Shown here: piece by piece, positions 35,493-49,492 of the stretch
Layout: each line of letters begins with the position of its first letter
Numbering within the stretch: position 1 is the stretch's first letter
Source of the DNA: Eledone cirrhosa
Lineage: Eukaryota
Assembly (NCBI GenBank): GCA_964016885.1
Contig: OZ024743.1
Location: 245,024,001 to 245,088,000 of the forward strand
DNA: 64,000 nucleotides
Direction: 5' to 3'
Translations under genes and position numbers: made by a program
The notes under the pieces: generated by a model
Databases searched by the model: none
Told to the model about the DNA's origin: nothing
The model's input: the letters and a program-made list of their open reading frames with translations, nothing else

Positions 35493-38400
35493 TATGGTGT
35501 GTATTCTCTTCTCATCTGTAGATCTAGTATAATCTGTCATGCATGGTGTGTATTCTCTCCTCATCTGTAGATCTAGTATAATCTGTCATGCATGGTGTGT
35601 ATTCTCTTCTCATCTGTAGATCTAGTATAATCTGTCATGCATGGTGTGTATTCTCTTCTCATCTGTAGATCTAGTATAATCTGTCATGCATGGTGTGTAT
35701 TCTCTTCTCATCTGTAGATCTAGTATAATCTGTCATGCATGGTGTGTATTCTCTTCTCATCTATAGATCTAGTATAATCTGTCATGCATGGTGTGTATTC
35801 TCTTCTCATCTGTAGATCTAGTATAATCTGTCATGCATGGTGTGTATTCTCTTCTCATCTATAGATCTAGTATAATCTGTCATGCATGGTGTGTATTCTC
35901 TTCTCATCTGTAGATCTAGTATAATCTGTCATGCATGGTGTGTATTCTCTTCTCATCTATAGATCTAGTATAATCTGTCATGCATGGTGTGTATTCTCTT
36001 CTCATCTGTAGATCTAGTATAATCTGTCATGCATGGTGTGTATTCTCTTCTCATCTATAGATCTAGTATAATCTGTCATGCATGGTGTGTATTCTCTTCT
36101 CATCTGTAGATCTAGTATAATCTGTCATGCATGGTGTGTATTCTCTTCTCATCTGTAGATCTAGTATAATCTGTCATGCATGGTGTGTATTCTCTTCTCA
36201 TCTATAGATCTAGTATAATCTGTCATGCATGGTGTGTATTCTCTTCTCATCTGTAGATCTAGTATAATCTGTCATGCATGGTGTGTATTCTCTTCTCATC
36301 TGTAGATCTAGTATAATCTGTCATGCATGGTGTGTATTCTCTTCTCATCTGTAGATCTAGTATAATCTGTCATGCATGGTGTGTATTCTCTTCTCATCTG
36401 TAGATCTAGTATAATCTGTCATGCATGGTGTGTATTCTCTTCTCATCTATAGATCTAGTATAATCTGTCATGCATGGTGTGTATTCTCTTCTCATCTATA
36501 GATCTAGTATAATCTGTCATGCATGGTGTGTATTCTCTTCTCATCTGTAGATCTAGTATAATCTGTCATGCATGGTGTGTATTCTCTTCTCATCTATAGA
36601 TCTAGTATAATCTGTCATGCATGGTGTGTATTCTCTTCTCATCTGTAGATCTAGTATAATCTGTCATGCATGGTGTGTATTCTCTTCTCATCTGTAGATC
36701 TAGTATAATCTGTCATGCATGGTGTGTATTCTCTTCTCATCTATAGATCTAGTATAATCTGTCATGCATGGTGTGTATTCTCTTCTCATCTGTAGATCTA
36801 GTATAATCTGTCATGCATGGTGTGTATTCTCTTCTCATCTGTAGATCTAGTATAATCTGTCATGCATGGTGTGTATTCTCTTCTCATCTGTAGATCTAGT
36901 ATAATCTGTCATGCATGGTGTGTATTCTCTTCTCATCTGTAGATCTAGTATAATCTGTCATGCATGGTGTGTATTCTCTTCTCATCTGTAGATCTAGTAT
37001 AATCTGTCATGCATGGTGTGTATTCTCTTCTCATCTGTAGATCTAGTATAATCTGTCATGCATGGTGTGTATTCTCTTCTCATCTGTAGATCTAGTATAA
37101 TCTGTCATGCATGGTGTGTATTCTCTTCTCATCTGTAGATCTAGTATAATCTGTCATGCATGGTGTGTATTCTCTTCTCATCTGTAGATCTAGTATAATC
37201 TGTCATGAATGGTGTGTATTCTCTTCTCATCTATAGATCTAGTATAATCTGTCATGCATGGTGTGTATTCTCTTCTCATCTGTAGATCTAGTATAATCTG
37301 TCATGCATGGTGTGTATTCTCTTCTCATCTGTAGATCTAGTATAATCTGTCATGCATGGTGTGTATTCTCTTCTTATCTATAGATCTAGTATAATCTGTC
37401 ATGCATGGTGTGTATTCTCTTCTCATCTATAGATCTAGTATAATCTGTCATGCATGGTGTGTATTCTCTTCTCATCTGTAGATCTAGTATAATCTGTCAT
37501 GCATGGTGTGTATTCTCTTCTCATCTATAGATCTAGTATAATCTGTCATGCATGGTGTGTATTCTCTTCTCATCTATAGATCTAGTATAATCTGTCATGC
37601 ATGGTGTGTATTCTCTTCTCATCTGTAGATCTAGTATAATCTGTCATGCATGGTGTGTATTCTCTTCTCATCTATAGATCTAGTATAATCTGTCATGCAT
37701 GGTGTGTATTCTCTTCTCATCTATAGATCTAGTATAATCTGTCATGCATGGTGTGTATTCTCTTCTCATCTGTAGATCTAGTATAATCTGTCATGCATGG
37801 TGTGTATTCTCTTCTCATCTATAGATCTAGTATAATCTGTCATGCATGGTGTGTATTCTCTTCTCATCTGTAGATCTAGCATAATCTGTCATGCATGGTG
37901 TGTATTCTCTTCTCATCTGTAGATCTAGTATAATCTGTCATGCATGGTGTGTATTCTCTTCTCATCTGTAGATCTAGTATAATCTGTCATGCATGGTGTG
38001 TATTCTCTTCTTATCTATAGATCTAGTATAATCTGTCATGCATGGTGTGTATTCTCTTCTTATCTATAGATCTAGTATAATCTGTCATGCATGGTGTGTA
38101 TTCTCTTCTTATCTATAGATCTAGTATAATCTGTCATGCATGGTGTGTATTCTCTTCTCATCTGTAGATCTAGTATAATCTGTCATGCATGGTGTGTATT
38201 CTCTTCTCATCTATAGATCTAGTATAATCTGTCATGCATGGTGTGTATTCTCTTCTCATCTGTAGATCTAGTATAATCTGTCATGCATGGTGTGTATTCT
38301 CTTCTCATCTGTAGATCTAGTATAATCTGTCATGCATGGTGTGTATTCTCTTCTCATCTGTAGATCTAGTATAATCTGTCATGCATGGTGTGTATTCTCT

Positions 38401-38957
38401 TCTCATCTGTAGATCTAGTATAATCTGTCATGCATGGTGTGTATTCTCTTCTCATCTGTAGATCTAGTATAATCTGTCATGCATGGTGTGTATTCTCTTC
38501 TCATCTGTAGATCTAGTATAATCTGTCATGCATGGTGTGTATTCTCTTCTTATCTATAGATCTAGTATAATCTGTCATGCATGGTGTGTATTCTCTTCTT
38601 ATCTATAGATCTAGTATAATCTGTCATGCATGGTGTGTATTCTCTTCTTATCTATAGATCTAGTATAATCTGTCATGCATGGTGTGTATTCTCTTCTCAT
38701 ATGTAGATCTAGTATAATCTGTCATGCATGGTGTGTATTCTCTTCTCATCTATAGATCTAGTATAATCTGTCATGCATGGTGTGTATTTTCTTCTCATCT
38801 GTAGATCTAGTATAATCTGTCATGCATGGTGTGTATTCTCTTCTCATCTGTAGATCTAGTATAATCTGTCATGCATGGTGTGTATTCTCTTCTCATCTGT
38901 AGATCTAGTATAATCTGTCATGCATGGTGTGTATTCTCTTCTCATCTATAGATCTCA
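35493..38957 (+). repeat. Homogeneous 49-bp tandem array (~70 copies) derived from the exon 8 splice acceptor
   Basis: Unit atggtgtgtattctcttctcatct(g/a)tagatctagtataatctgtcatgc. Degenerate units flank it at ~35395-35492 and 38958-39075. Confidence 0.95.
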
Positions 38958-39047
38958 TAACAGCTGATATGTATGATGTATATTTTTGTCTTATTTGTTG
39001 ATCTAGTGACATGTCATGTATGGTGTATATTCTCTCCTCATTTGTAG

Positions 39048-39184
39048 ATCTAATATCATCTGTGATGTATGGTATGCAGAACCACCTTGAGAGCATCAAT
39101 GGTAGTACCCATCGCCTTGGAATGGTAGTCACAGAGCTCATGCTTGCCAAACTTCAACCAGATGGTGAAAAATTACAGTTTACT
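39048..39184 (+). CDS. TELO2: TELO2 exon 8
   Basis: tttgtag acceptor, DLISSVMYGMQNHLES...RLGMVVTE...DGEKLQFT, GTAAGT donor, phases 1/0. Confidence 0.9.
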
Positions 39185-39700
39185 GTAAGTTGTTTGTTAT
39201 TTTGTTGCAAATTGACTGATCAAATTGTATTTGAAACTAACATAGTTATTGTTTATGTTACTGTATTACTAAACCTTTTTATTAGTATAATACTATGTCA
39301 CTATACCTCTGTTGTACTGTATCTTTGTATTACTAAACGTCTGTATTAATATATCCTTGTGTTACTATACTTCAGTGGTACTAAACATAAATATATATGT
39401 ATATATATATATAGTGCAGATAATTAGGCTGCTTATCTGTGGAGATTGTTATAATGGCGCAATAATAACCGGTTTAAACTGTCCAAAAGCATTTCACATC
39501 AGTAGTATATCCCTAGTGAAATGTTGGTGATTAGGTGTGATGGAGTTTCCATTTACAAAATATGGTTTTATTGCACAATATATGTTATGCAATAAAATAA
39601 TTATGTAAAGTTAACCCTGTCTTAATAATATTTCATATATATATATATGTATATGTGTGTATTGAGTACTCAACTTCTGTTTCTGTCTTTTCTATTACAG

Positions 39701-39762
39701 TATGAAATATCCGATGATATCAAAACACTGCAACAGTTGGTCATTCCTCCAGAGAAACCTAA
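39701..39762 (+). CDS. TELO2: TELO2 exon 9
   Basis: ttacag acceptor, YEISDDIKTLQQLVIPPEKP. The GTACTT donor (phase 2) was chosen to fit the next exon. Confidence 0.78.
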
Positions 39763-40275
39763 GTACTTATCTCTTTTTAGTGGTAACATTAATTATATAC
39801 TCTCTCTCTCTGTTCTCTCTCTCTGATTCACTCTTTATACATGTATTCATTTAACCTCATACATACATGTAGTTTGGCTCAAGGATACAATGTGTTACTT
39901 GGAATCAAACTGACAACTTAACCACTAAACCTTGTGCTTTCACATATCACATATACTTATGAGTTTATCATCTCCTCCATACTCATATTTAGAGCGGGTT
40001 AAGAGTTGGGATATATGGATGATGTCTGAGGTAGGGATTTGGGTGTGATGTCTTAGCTCTAAAATAGATAGGCCTTGGTTTTTATGTATGTAATTTTCCC
40101 CAGTTTGGAATGTGACAGTCTTGTCCACTAGATGCTTTGTTTTCCGAGTGCATTGTTTACATATAGAGCATTCAATGATTTCTTGCTTCTTTTCTCTCTC
40201 TCTATATATACATGTGTAGTGTAAGTGTATGTATATTTAGGGTAGTTATCGAAGGTGAATAGAGCAATAACGGTC

Positions 40276-40329
<54 letters not shown>

Positions 40330-40757
40330 TTGCCGCCGTTGTGGGCGTTACATTCCTAGAGAACCTGCGAATTTCGGATGTAGTCCATAAAAATGCCTAT
40401 AAATGTCAAAACTATAAAATATGGGCCGGCAAATACAGAATATTGTTATTAATAATTAAGCCTTAAAAAGCATGAAAAAATATATATTGCTCTGAAAATA
40501 ACCATTAAAGAATTGCAGAAAATATTTACAATTCCCTGAATATGTGGTGGCTTCCATGAACCATTATTAGTTAGGTACTAATGAAAATCCTGCAAATTAC
40601 TGGGACCGAGAATTACGGGGGTACACTGTATATATGACAGGGTGTTGTAGTTTGCTTGAAATATTGTGTAAAGTGTAGAAAATAGTTTTTGGTTTGAAGG
40701 CTACTAAAATGGGAATTGGACAGTAGATATTAGAAATATGACAAAATAAATATATAA

Positions 40758-40818
<61 letters not shown>

Positions 40819-40902
40819 TACATATGCATGTATATATATATACATACGTATGTATATATATACATACACACGTATGTATATATATACATACACACGTATA
40901 TC

Positions 40903-41262
40903 GTCATCATTATTTTACGTCCGCTTTTCCCTGCTTGCAAGGGTGGGACGGGAACTGATTCTGGCTTGATTTCTACAGCTGGATGCCCTTCCTAACACCA
41001 ACCTCATTTTACAGCGAGTGCTGGGTGCTTTTTTCCGTGGCGCCTACACGTCAACTTTACAGTGTGAGCTGGGTGCTTTTTTTTTTGCCGTGGCACCTCC
41101 ACGACCACTTTGCAGTGGAATGATAGGGAACCCAGTCCTATCATCTCATTTCTACAGCTGAGTAAACTGGAGCAATGTGAAATAAAGTGTCTTGCTCAAG
41201 GAAACAACACATCACCCGGTCTGAGAATTGAACTCACAACCTTTCAATTGCCATGTGCCTCC
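40903..41262 (-). mobile_element. tRNA-derived SINE, family B (RTE-like 3' tail)
   Basis: Reverse complement of 48817-49210 with an internal deletion in the head. Confidence 0.85.
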
Positions 41263-41319
41263 ATATATATATATATACACATATATATATATTTATATAC
41301 ACATGAATATATGGGTCCC

Positions 41320-43615
41320 CCTATTTACTGCTATTTCTAGCACACCTATTGCCCACCGTGAAGTTCCCCCTATTTAGATGCTATTTCCAGCGCACATGGA
41401 CCACCATGGGTGCCCCTTAATTAGCTGCTATTTCTGGCACACCTATGAATCACCATGAGGTTTTTCTTATTTAGCTGCTATTTCTAGCAAACCTATGAAA
41501 CACCATGAGGTTCCCCCTATTTAGTTGCTATTTCTAGCACACTTATTGACCAGCATGAGGATCCTCCTGTTTTGCTAATGTAACTGCTATTTGTAGCACA
41601 CCTATGGACCACCATGAAGCCTCTTTATTAGTTGCTATTTCTAGCACACCTATGTGGACCACCATGAGGGTCCCCTATTTAGCTGCTATTTATAGCACAT
41701 CTATGGTCCACCAAGAGGTTCCCGTTATTTAGTTGCAATTTCTAGTACACCTATGAACCACCATGTGGTTCCCCCTTTTAGCTGCTATTTCTAGCACACC
41801 TATGGACCACCATGAGTTTCCTCCTATTTAGCTGTTATTTCTAACATATGTATGGACCCCCATGAGGTTCCCCCTATTTAGATGCTATTTCTACCACACC
41901 TATTGACCACCATGAGGTTCCCTTTATTTAGCTACTATTTCTAGCACACCTATGGACCACCATAAGGTACTCTTTATTTACTTGCTATTTTGTAGCACAC
42001 CTATGGACCACCATGTAGTTCCCTTTATTTAGCTGCTATTTCTAACACTTATGGCTCACCATGAGGTTCCCTTTATTCAGTTGCCATTTCTAGCACACCT
42101 ATGGACTACCATGAGTTTCCTCCTGTTTAGCTGCTATTTCTAGTACACCTATGGATTACCATAAAGTTTCCCCTATTTAGCTGCTATTTCTGCATCACCT
42201 ATGGACCATCATGCGTTTCTACCTATTTAGCTGGTATTTCTAGCACATGTATGGACCACCATGAGGTTCTCCCTATTTAGCTACTATTTCTAGCACTCCT
42301 ATGGACCACCATAAAGTTCTCTTTATTTAGCTGCTATTTCTAGCACAGCTATGAACCACCATGAGGTTCTTCCTATTTAGCTGCAATTTCTAGCATACCT
42401 ATTGACTACTATGTGGTTCCCTTTATTCAGTTGCTATTTCTATCACACCTATTGACCACTATGAGGTTCCCCCTATTTTGTTACTGCTTCTAGCACACTT
42501 CTGGACCTCCATGATTTTCCCTTTATATAGTGTCTATATCTATCACACCTATCAACCACCATCAGATTCCCTTAGCTGCTAATTCTAGTAGACCTATAAA
42601 CCACAATCAGGTTGCCATTATTTAGCTGTTATCTCTAGCAAACCCATGGAGCAGCATGTGTTTCCTCCTATTTTGCTCTTATTTCTAGCACATGTATGGT
42701 CCATTATAAGGTTCCACCTATTTAGCTGGTATTTCTGGCACACCTATGGACCACCATGAGGTTTCCTTTATTTAGCTGCTAATTCTAGCACACCTTTGGA
42801 CCACCATTAGCTTCCCCTATTTAGCTGCTATTTCTAGCACCCTTATGTATCACCGTGAGGTTCCCCCAATTTAGCTGTTATTTCTAGCACACGTATGTAC
42901 CACCATTACGGTCTATGTATTTAACTGCTATTTCTAGCACACTTATGGACCACAATGATGTTTTCCCTGTTTAGTTGATGTAGCTGCAATTTCTAGGACA
43001 CCTATGGACAACTATGTGGTTGCCCCTATGTAGCTGCTAATTGTAGTACATTGATTGACCACCATGAGGTTCCTTTTATTTAGCTGCTATTTTTTAGCAC
43101 ACCTATGGATCACCATGTGGTTTCCAGAGTTTAGCTGATGTAGCTGCTATTTCTTGCACGCCTATAGACCACTATGTGGTTCCCTTTATTTAACTGCTAT
43201 TCCTAGCACACCTATGGACCACCATGAGGTGCCCCCAATTTAGCTGTTATTTCAAGCTGATGTAGCTGCTATTTTTAGCACACCTATGGACTCCTATGAG
43301 GTTCCCCTTGTTTAGCTGATGTAGTTGCTATTTCTAGAATACCTATGGACCACCATTAGGTTCCCCCTATTTAGCTACTATTTCTATGACACCTTTTGAC
43401 CACCTTGAGGTTCCCTCTGTTTAGCTGATCTAGCTGCTATTTCTAGCACACTTACGGACCTCTATGAGGTTCCCCATGTTTAACTGATGTAGCTGTTATT
43501 TTTAGCACACCTATGGACCAGCATGTGGTTCCTCCTATTTATCTGCTATTTTTAGAACACCTATGCACCACCCTGAGGTTCCCCCTTTTTAGCTGCTATT
43601 TCTAGCACACCTATC
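41320..43615 (+). repeat. Diverged ~50-bp satellite (~45 copies)
   Basis: Unit tttagctgctatttctagcacacctatggaccaccatgaggttccccta. A 60-bp variant with an inserted agctgatgt occurs in the 3' part. Confidence 0.92.
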
Positions 43616-43908
43616 AATCAAGTGTTCATATCTAAAATAAAATGTTCCTTCATAATTTTATGTAAGAAATTTGCAGTTATCTTTTTGACTCCAACTTAAT
43701 GAAAAAGTTATTTTATTAAATTTCTCCAAATTCTTGATTATTTTAGAAATTAATTGAATCATGTTCAGTATCATTAGAAAAATAGAGATGGAAGAGTTAA
43801 TTAATTGTATCCCTACTCACCCAAATGTGTGACTCTCTGGTTATGTTAGAAACTGTTTTATATACTGTGTCAGTAATGTTTTTGCTTTTGATTTTAATTA
43901 TAATTAAG

Positions 43909-44022
43909 GGTGGCTGAAAAAATTACTGAAGTATATGAAAATACCAGTGAACCTTCTCATAATATGACAAAGGAAGATGGCCAGGAAAAAATACCAGAAA
44001 ATCAAGAATCAGATCTTGATAG
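43909..44022 (+). CDS. TELO2: TELO2 exon 10
   Basis: taag acceptor, acidic linker VAEKITE...QESDLD, GTCAGT donor, phases 2/2. Confidence 0.8.
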
Positions 44023-44172
44023 GTCAGTTGTATGTTGTTGTTTTTGTTTATTTCAAAACTAATTTACCCATCTAAACCCATGCTAGCGTGGAAGATAGAC
44101 GTTAAACGATGATGATGATGATGAATGCTTTTGTAAAAAGATATTTTGTGTTTCATCTCTATGTATTTTTTC

Positions 44173-44390
44173 TTAACCCTTTAGCATTTAAACTGGCCGT
44201 ATCCAACCAGAATTCTCTCTTCTTTTTCTGTTCAAACTGGCTGTACCTGGCCCCTCATACTGATGTCAAGGTATTTTTCTCAAAATAAATAACATCAAAA
44301 TCTCATAGATTCTATATTATGAGATAGATAAAGCCTTTACCACAAAAATACAATAGTATATATAGAATAATGTAAATGCTAAAGAGTTAA
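44173..44390. mobile_element. piggyBac-like MITE
   Basis: ttaaccctttagcattta ... taaatgctaaagagttaa, with TTAA at both ends. Confidence 0.8.
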
Positions 44391-45368
44391 ACTATATTAT
44401 CAACAGGTGTTTTAAAAACATTTCAGGGTTTAGCATTGAAGACCCCATGACAGACATCATATTAATCATGGGGTCCTTTTTGAGGTAATATTTTATACCA
44501 GTATGCCTTTTCTGGTGCCAACCCTTTTAGTCACCTCTTATGACACACAGATATGGTGTACCTCTTCTAAACCAAAATCATAAAATTTTCTTCATCCTTT
44601 TACATCCATTTTCAACATTGGCATAGGTTGGACAGGTTGTTACAGTTTGTGACCAGGTGGGTCAGAGCAACCTGATTATGCTTGTATCTTCCATATTTGA
44701 CATGGTTTCTAGTGGTTCTCAACCTTTTTTTACCTATGGACCCCTTTGATTCCTATATGCTTTGTCCATACTTAAACAATATTATTACATAGACTTTCCC
44801 GCCGAGGTTAACTTTGCCTTTCATCCTTACGGGGTCGATAAAATAAAGTACCAGTAATGCACTGATAATTGGTGGCCTTGTGCCTAAAAATAGAAACAAT
44901 TATTACATAGACTTTCCACTTCACAATCTAAACTGTATTGTCATGTAAAAGTCAAACAGTTAAAGTCTGTCTCAAGTTTAGAGGCTCATCAGACCAGAGT
45001 TGTGCCTTTTTTCATTAAAATATGGTGTGACAAGCTAGCATGCAACTTATCTACTGGATCTATGTACTTCAATTTAAAATATGTTGTTCATTGTGGATGT
45101 TGTATGTAAAATTGAGTTATGACTTATCTATGCCATGACTTATATATGATATAGTAAATTACTGTTTTGTTCTTAAGGTTTCAAACCATTTTTTTCATAA
45201 ATGGTTTTTAGAGACTTCATCAGTGGATGGTATCAAATATGAATACAGAGTAAGGGTCCTGCCTCTCTCTCTTGATCTAAATTGTATATAACAAACAGTA
45301 TAGTGCCCCTGTTCGCTAGATGTTTATTTGGATACTGCTGTTTCACAACTATAATTTACTCTTCACAG

Positions 45369-45457
45369 TGATGATGATTTTGAACCCTTTGATATGTCAA
45401 ATGATAAGCAAGAGCTGAAAGTGAAAACTCCAAAATACTTACGGGATTGTATGGAAG
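45369..45457 (+). CDS. TELO2: TELO2 exon 11
   Basis: cacag acceptor, (S)DDDFEPFDMSND..KTPKYLRDCME. It completes the DSDD CK2/PIH1D1-binding motif. GTAAGC donor, phases 2/1. Confidence 0.93.
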
Positions 45458-45530
45458 GTAAGCAATTGTACTCCTCTTCACCTCGCCTAACTGTGTGTCA
45501 TAGAAACTGATGGATTAAGGTATAGGAGGT

Positions 45531-45775
45531 TTAACCCTTTCAATACCAACCCCACTAAAACTGTCTTTACTTCTATGGAACAAAGCCATCCATTTTAAAT
45601 GTTTCTGATTTAAATTAAAATCCTCCAACACAATTCTATGTAAGAACCTTTTATGTTAGGAATATCATCTTAATAATTGAAATAGTTTTAATAAATCCCT
45701 CCAAATTCTTCATACCATATTTCTAATAAAATACATGCAATGTATTTTATTAGTAATATGGTATGAAAGGGTTAA
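45531..45775. mobile_element. piggyBac-like MITE, second family (TTAA-CCCTTTC/TTG)
   Basis: ttaaccctttcaatacc ... ggtatgaaagggttaa. Diverged relatives at ~13084-13343, 29620-29830, 49848-50272, 50630-50878 and 58430-58657. Confidence 0.7.
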
Positions 45776-46814
45776 TCTTTATTTTATGGGCTCAAATCTC
45801 CTCATGAGCGTTGCATTGTTGTTTAACTTTATGTCAGTTTTGATGGAGCAGACCTTTCATCAAAAGTAATTCTGTGACCACCTTGTCTTTTATTCAGATG
45901 TATTATTGGTATTAGGAAAGCCATCTAGCCATAGTATCCATGCCAAACATGGAATGTACAAGCAAGATGTGACTCCTAACATATCTAGCAAGGTTGTAAC
46001 TCCGAGTAAGAATTGATTTGGACAATATCAACCCATCAAAACAAAGTGGACATAAAACAATGATGATGATGATTGTTTCAAGGACTACATTATCTAAAGT
46101 GTGCTTCCTTTTTTCAAGGTGGTAGAATGTGATATATGAAGGACATTTTTTATGCTATTTCTAGCAAGCTGTAATGGCATAGAATTCCCTTATGTTGGAC
46201 AAAATGCATTTCATCTTTTATTGAGTCACTGATATTTGCATGTTATTAGCTTCTCAAGATGACTTTTGATTGACTTGGTTCTGTTACAAGATCATCATAG
46301 TAAATATTGTTGTCAGCTGAAGATTTTCTGACTATCGATAATGTAGCTAGAATGGAGAATCAGACCTGTTTTATAGGCTGAATTTACTGAGATTTTATAG
46401 GTTTACTACCTGTGTTATGAGGGTGATGATCTATTGCATTGTTAACTTCGCGTAAATCAACTTGCTTCATTTCTCACAATATTCCACATTCTAAACTCTG
46501 AGGTAAGCACTCTGTCAAACTCCTCCTCTCTAAGACTCTATCTCTTTGGAACTCATTATCATAATTTTGCACCTACTTTCCATACTGGCATGGGTTTAAT
46601 GGGGTCACCACTGTCTGAGTTACTGTTCTCCCAGATAGATCAAAGGATGATATCTCACTAATAAGTTCCATATTTGGCATGGTTTCTATGAATGGATCCC
46701 CTTCATAATAGCAACTACTTTACTGAGTGTATCGAGTGCATTTTATTGTGGAAAACAACTGCTGTGAGATTGTCAGTTATATAATTTTTTGAAAAACATT
46801 CAACTGTAACAGTC

Positions 46815-47155
46815 CTATGGAGACTGGAAAGAAACGAAGCCTATATGATCAAATGGATGTGTAACAAGTGTATGTGGATGGCAAAGTGTAAATGTATTAA
46901 GGGCGAAACTGGGCATAGGAGAGATCTAATGCTGTGTGCAGGAGAGAAGACTGTGGTGGTATGGTCACGTGATGCACATGAAGCATGTCAGCTGCTTAAA
47001 GAGGGTCAGGGCTTTAAAAGTTACTGGAGACACCAAAAGAAGAAGACCCAAGAAGACGGATGAAACTATAAGGGCGGACCTGACTCAACTAAATCTCCCA
47101 ATAGGGATGAGACAGGACTGAGTCCTATGGTACTACAATGTCCAACAAAAAACCC
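46815..47155 (+). mobile_element. RTE LINE 3' fragment related to the element at 54681-58290
   Basis: RRLERNEA.MIKWMC...QERRLWWYGHVM...ADLTQL matches the C-terminus of ORF 54978-58097. Confidence 0.8.
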
Positions 47156-48764
47156 GTGCTGACAACTCAACACTGGACTCTGCTCAAAACGGCACCATCC
47201 AGTCCTACACTACAAACACGATTGATGGCAGGCCAATGAAGGATTTATTGCGGTCATTCAGTGTGGGGCTCCAGAAGTAAAATGTTATTTTGTATTGAGA
47301 AGGGGAGCAAATGGCATCCAATACCTGAACTGAGGGTCTGCTGTGTGAAGGGTTCGTTGCGTGGAGAGTGCCTGGCTCCGAAACTGGGGTGCCGTTGTGT
47401 GAAAGTTTTGGTGCGGCCAAGTGGCCTGTCCTTCCTCATAGTGGTGTCATCCAGTGCCAGGCTCCGGAAATGTGGTTCTGCTGTGAGATGGGTTTGGCGT
47501 GGCCAACTGGTCTGTCCTTCGACTTAGTGGAGTTACGTGGCATCCAATACCTAAACTGAAGGTCTGCTGTGTGAAGGGTTCAGCAGGGCCAACTGGTTTG
47601 TCCCTATTCATAGTGTTGCCATCCAGTCCCAGGCTCCCAAAATGCAGTTTTGTGTTGAGAAGGGTTTGTTGCGTGGAGAGTACCTGGCTCCGAAACTGGG
47701 ATGCAGCATTGAGAAGGGTCCAGCACGGTCAAAATGGCCTGTTCCTTCTCATAGTGGTGCTAAACAGTGATGATGATATATATATTATCATGTGTTAAAC
47801 TAATATATATAATTTTATTCTTCTTTTGTTTTGTTTTTCCTTGCTATCATCATCATCAACGTTTAATGTCCATTTTTCCACACTAGCATGGGTTAGATGA
47901 GTTGTCCCGTTGTGAGACAAGTCAGATCAGGTAACCATGTCCTGCTCATACAGAACTTATTTTGGCTTGGTTTCTACAGCTGGGTGCCCTTCCTAATGCC
48001 AACCACATTGACAGTGTGTACTGGGTGCTTTTCATCATGACACCTACACGATCTCTTTACAGTGTGGGCCGGGCCCTTTTTGCTGTAACACACCTACATG
48101 ACCACTTTACAGTGTGGGCCGGGCCCTTTTTGCTGTAACACCTACATGATCTCTTTACAGTGTGGACTGGACACTTTTTGTTGTGGCACCAAAACGTCCA
48201 CTTTACAGTGTGGGGATTGGGGAGATTGATCTAGGGACATGAGTGAAGGGAAGGGTGGAGTGTTAGGACATGGGAGGTGAAGGTGGTACATACTAGATGT
48301 ATGCTTCAACCTGTACACAGGGGAAGGTGGGTCTACTGTTATTATCAACATCATCATTGTTTAACGTCCATCTTCCACGCTAGCATGCGTTAGACGGGAG
48401 TTGTGCCACTTGAGGCAAGGTTGGTCGGGTGACCGTGTCTCGCTCATATAGGACTATCTGGCAGGTTTTCTACGGCTGGATGCCCTTCCTAACACCAACC
48501 ACATTTTCAGTGTGGAACTGGGAACTTTTTACCGTGTTACCTACACGACCACATTACATCGTGGACTGTGAGTAGTTTTTTTTGTTTTTTTTGTTTTTTT
48601 TGTTTTTTTTTTGTTGTGACACCTACACGATCTCGATCTCATTATCTCATTTATTTGGACTGGATGTTGTGGTACCAACTTTACAGAGAGAGGGTGGTGT
48701 TGGTGGGAGTGGGAGGATAGGGTAGGGGTAGTGGATTGGGGTGTATATTTGGTTAGGAGATGCC

Positions 48765-48815
<51 letters not shown>

Positions 48816-48816
48816 T

Positions 48817-49210
48817 GGAGGCACATGGCTTAGTGGTTAGAGCATTGGCCTTGCAATCGAAAGGTTGTGAGTTCAATTCTCAGACCGGGTGATGTGTTGT
48901 TTCCTTGAGTAAGACACTTTATTTCACATTGATCCAGTTTATTCAGCTGTAGAAATGAGATGATAGGGACTAGGGTCCCTATCATTCCACTGCAAAGTGG
49001 TCGTGGAGGTGCCACAGCAAAAAAGCATCCAACACTCACTGTAAATGAGGTTGGTGTTAGGAAGGGCATCCAGCTGTAGAAATCAAGCCAGAATCAGTTC
49101 CCGTATGAGCAAGACAAGGTCAGCCGACCGGACACTGCCCACAACAGGACAACCCGTCTAACCCATGCTAGCATAGAAGAATGGACGTAAAACGGTGATG
49201 ATGATGATGA
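48817..49210 (+). mobile_element. Full-length tRNA-derived SINE, family B
   Basis: A box tggcttagtgg, B box gagttcaattc, CORE-like ccttgagtaagacactt, 3' tail shared with the RTE LINE 3' UTR, (GAT)n end. Confidence 0.88.
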
Positions 49211-49492
49211 TATATATATAGGTGTATTTCAACTTTTTCTTAGTTAATTGTTGGAATTCTTAGATTTCTTTGATTGTTATTTGCCTTATTTGTTCTATTC
49301 AGGTACCACTTTATTATGAACCTATCAAATGGATTTACTCTGTAATGAGCTTTCCACACACGTTATCATGATCATTGAGCAGTTCTATTGAAAGCAAGAT
49401 CGAAATAATTGCATTAGCTTCTCTGACATTATGTTGATCTGAATTCCCCATTATCTATATGTGTGTATATATATTTGTTTTCTGTCTTAAAG

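Noticed and set aside
35493-38957. Possible CRISPR-like array
   Set aside because: Units are contiguous with no unique spacers, there are no cas genes, and the context is a eukaryotic intron.
40597-40995. YIYI-rich ORFs
   Set aside because: Translations of (AT)n/(AC)n microsatellites.
41320-43615. Repeat-plus-variable-spacer array
   Set aside because: Variation is scattered point divergence over the whole unit, not independent spacers.
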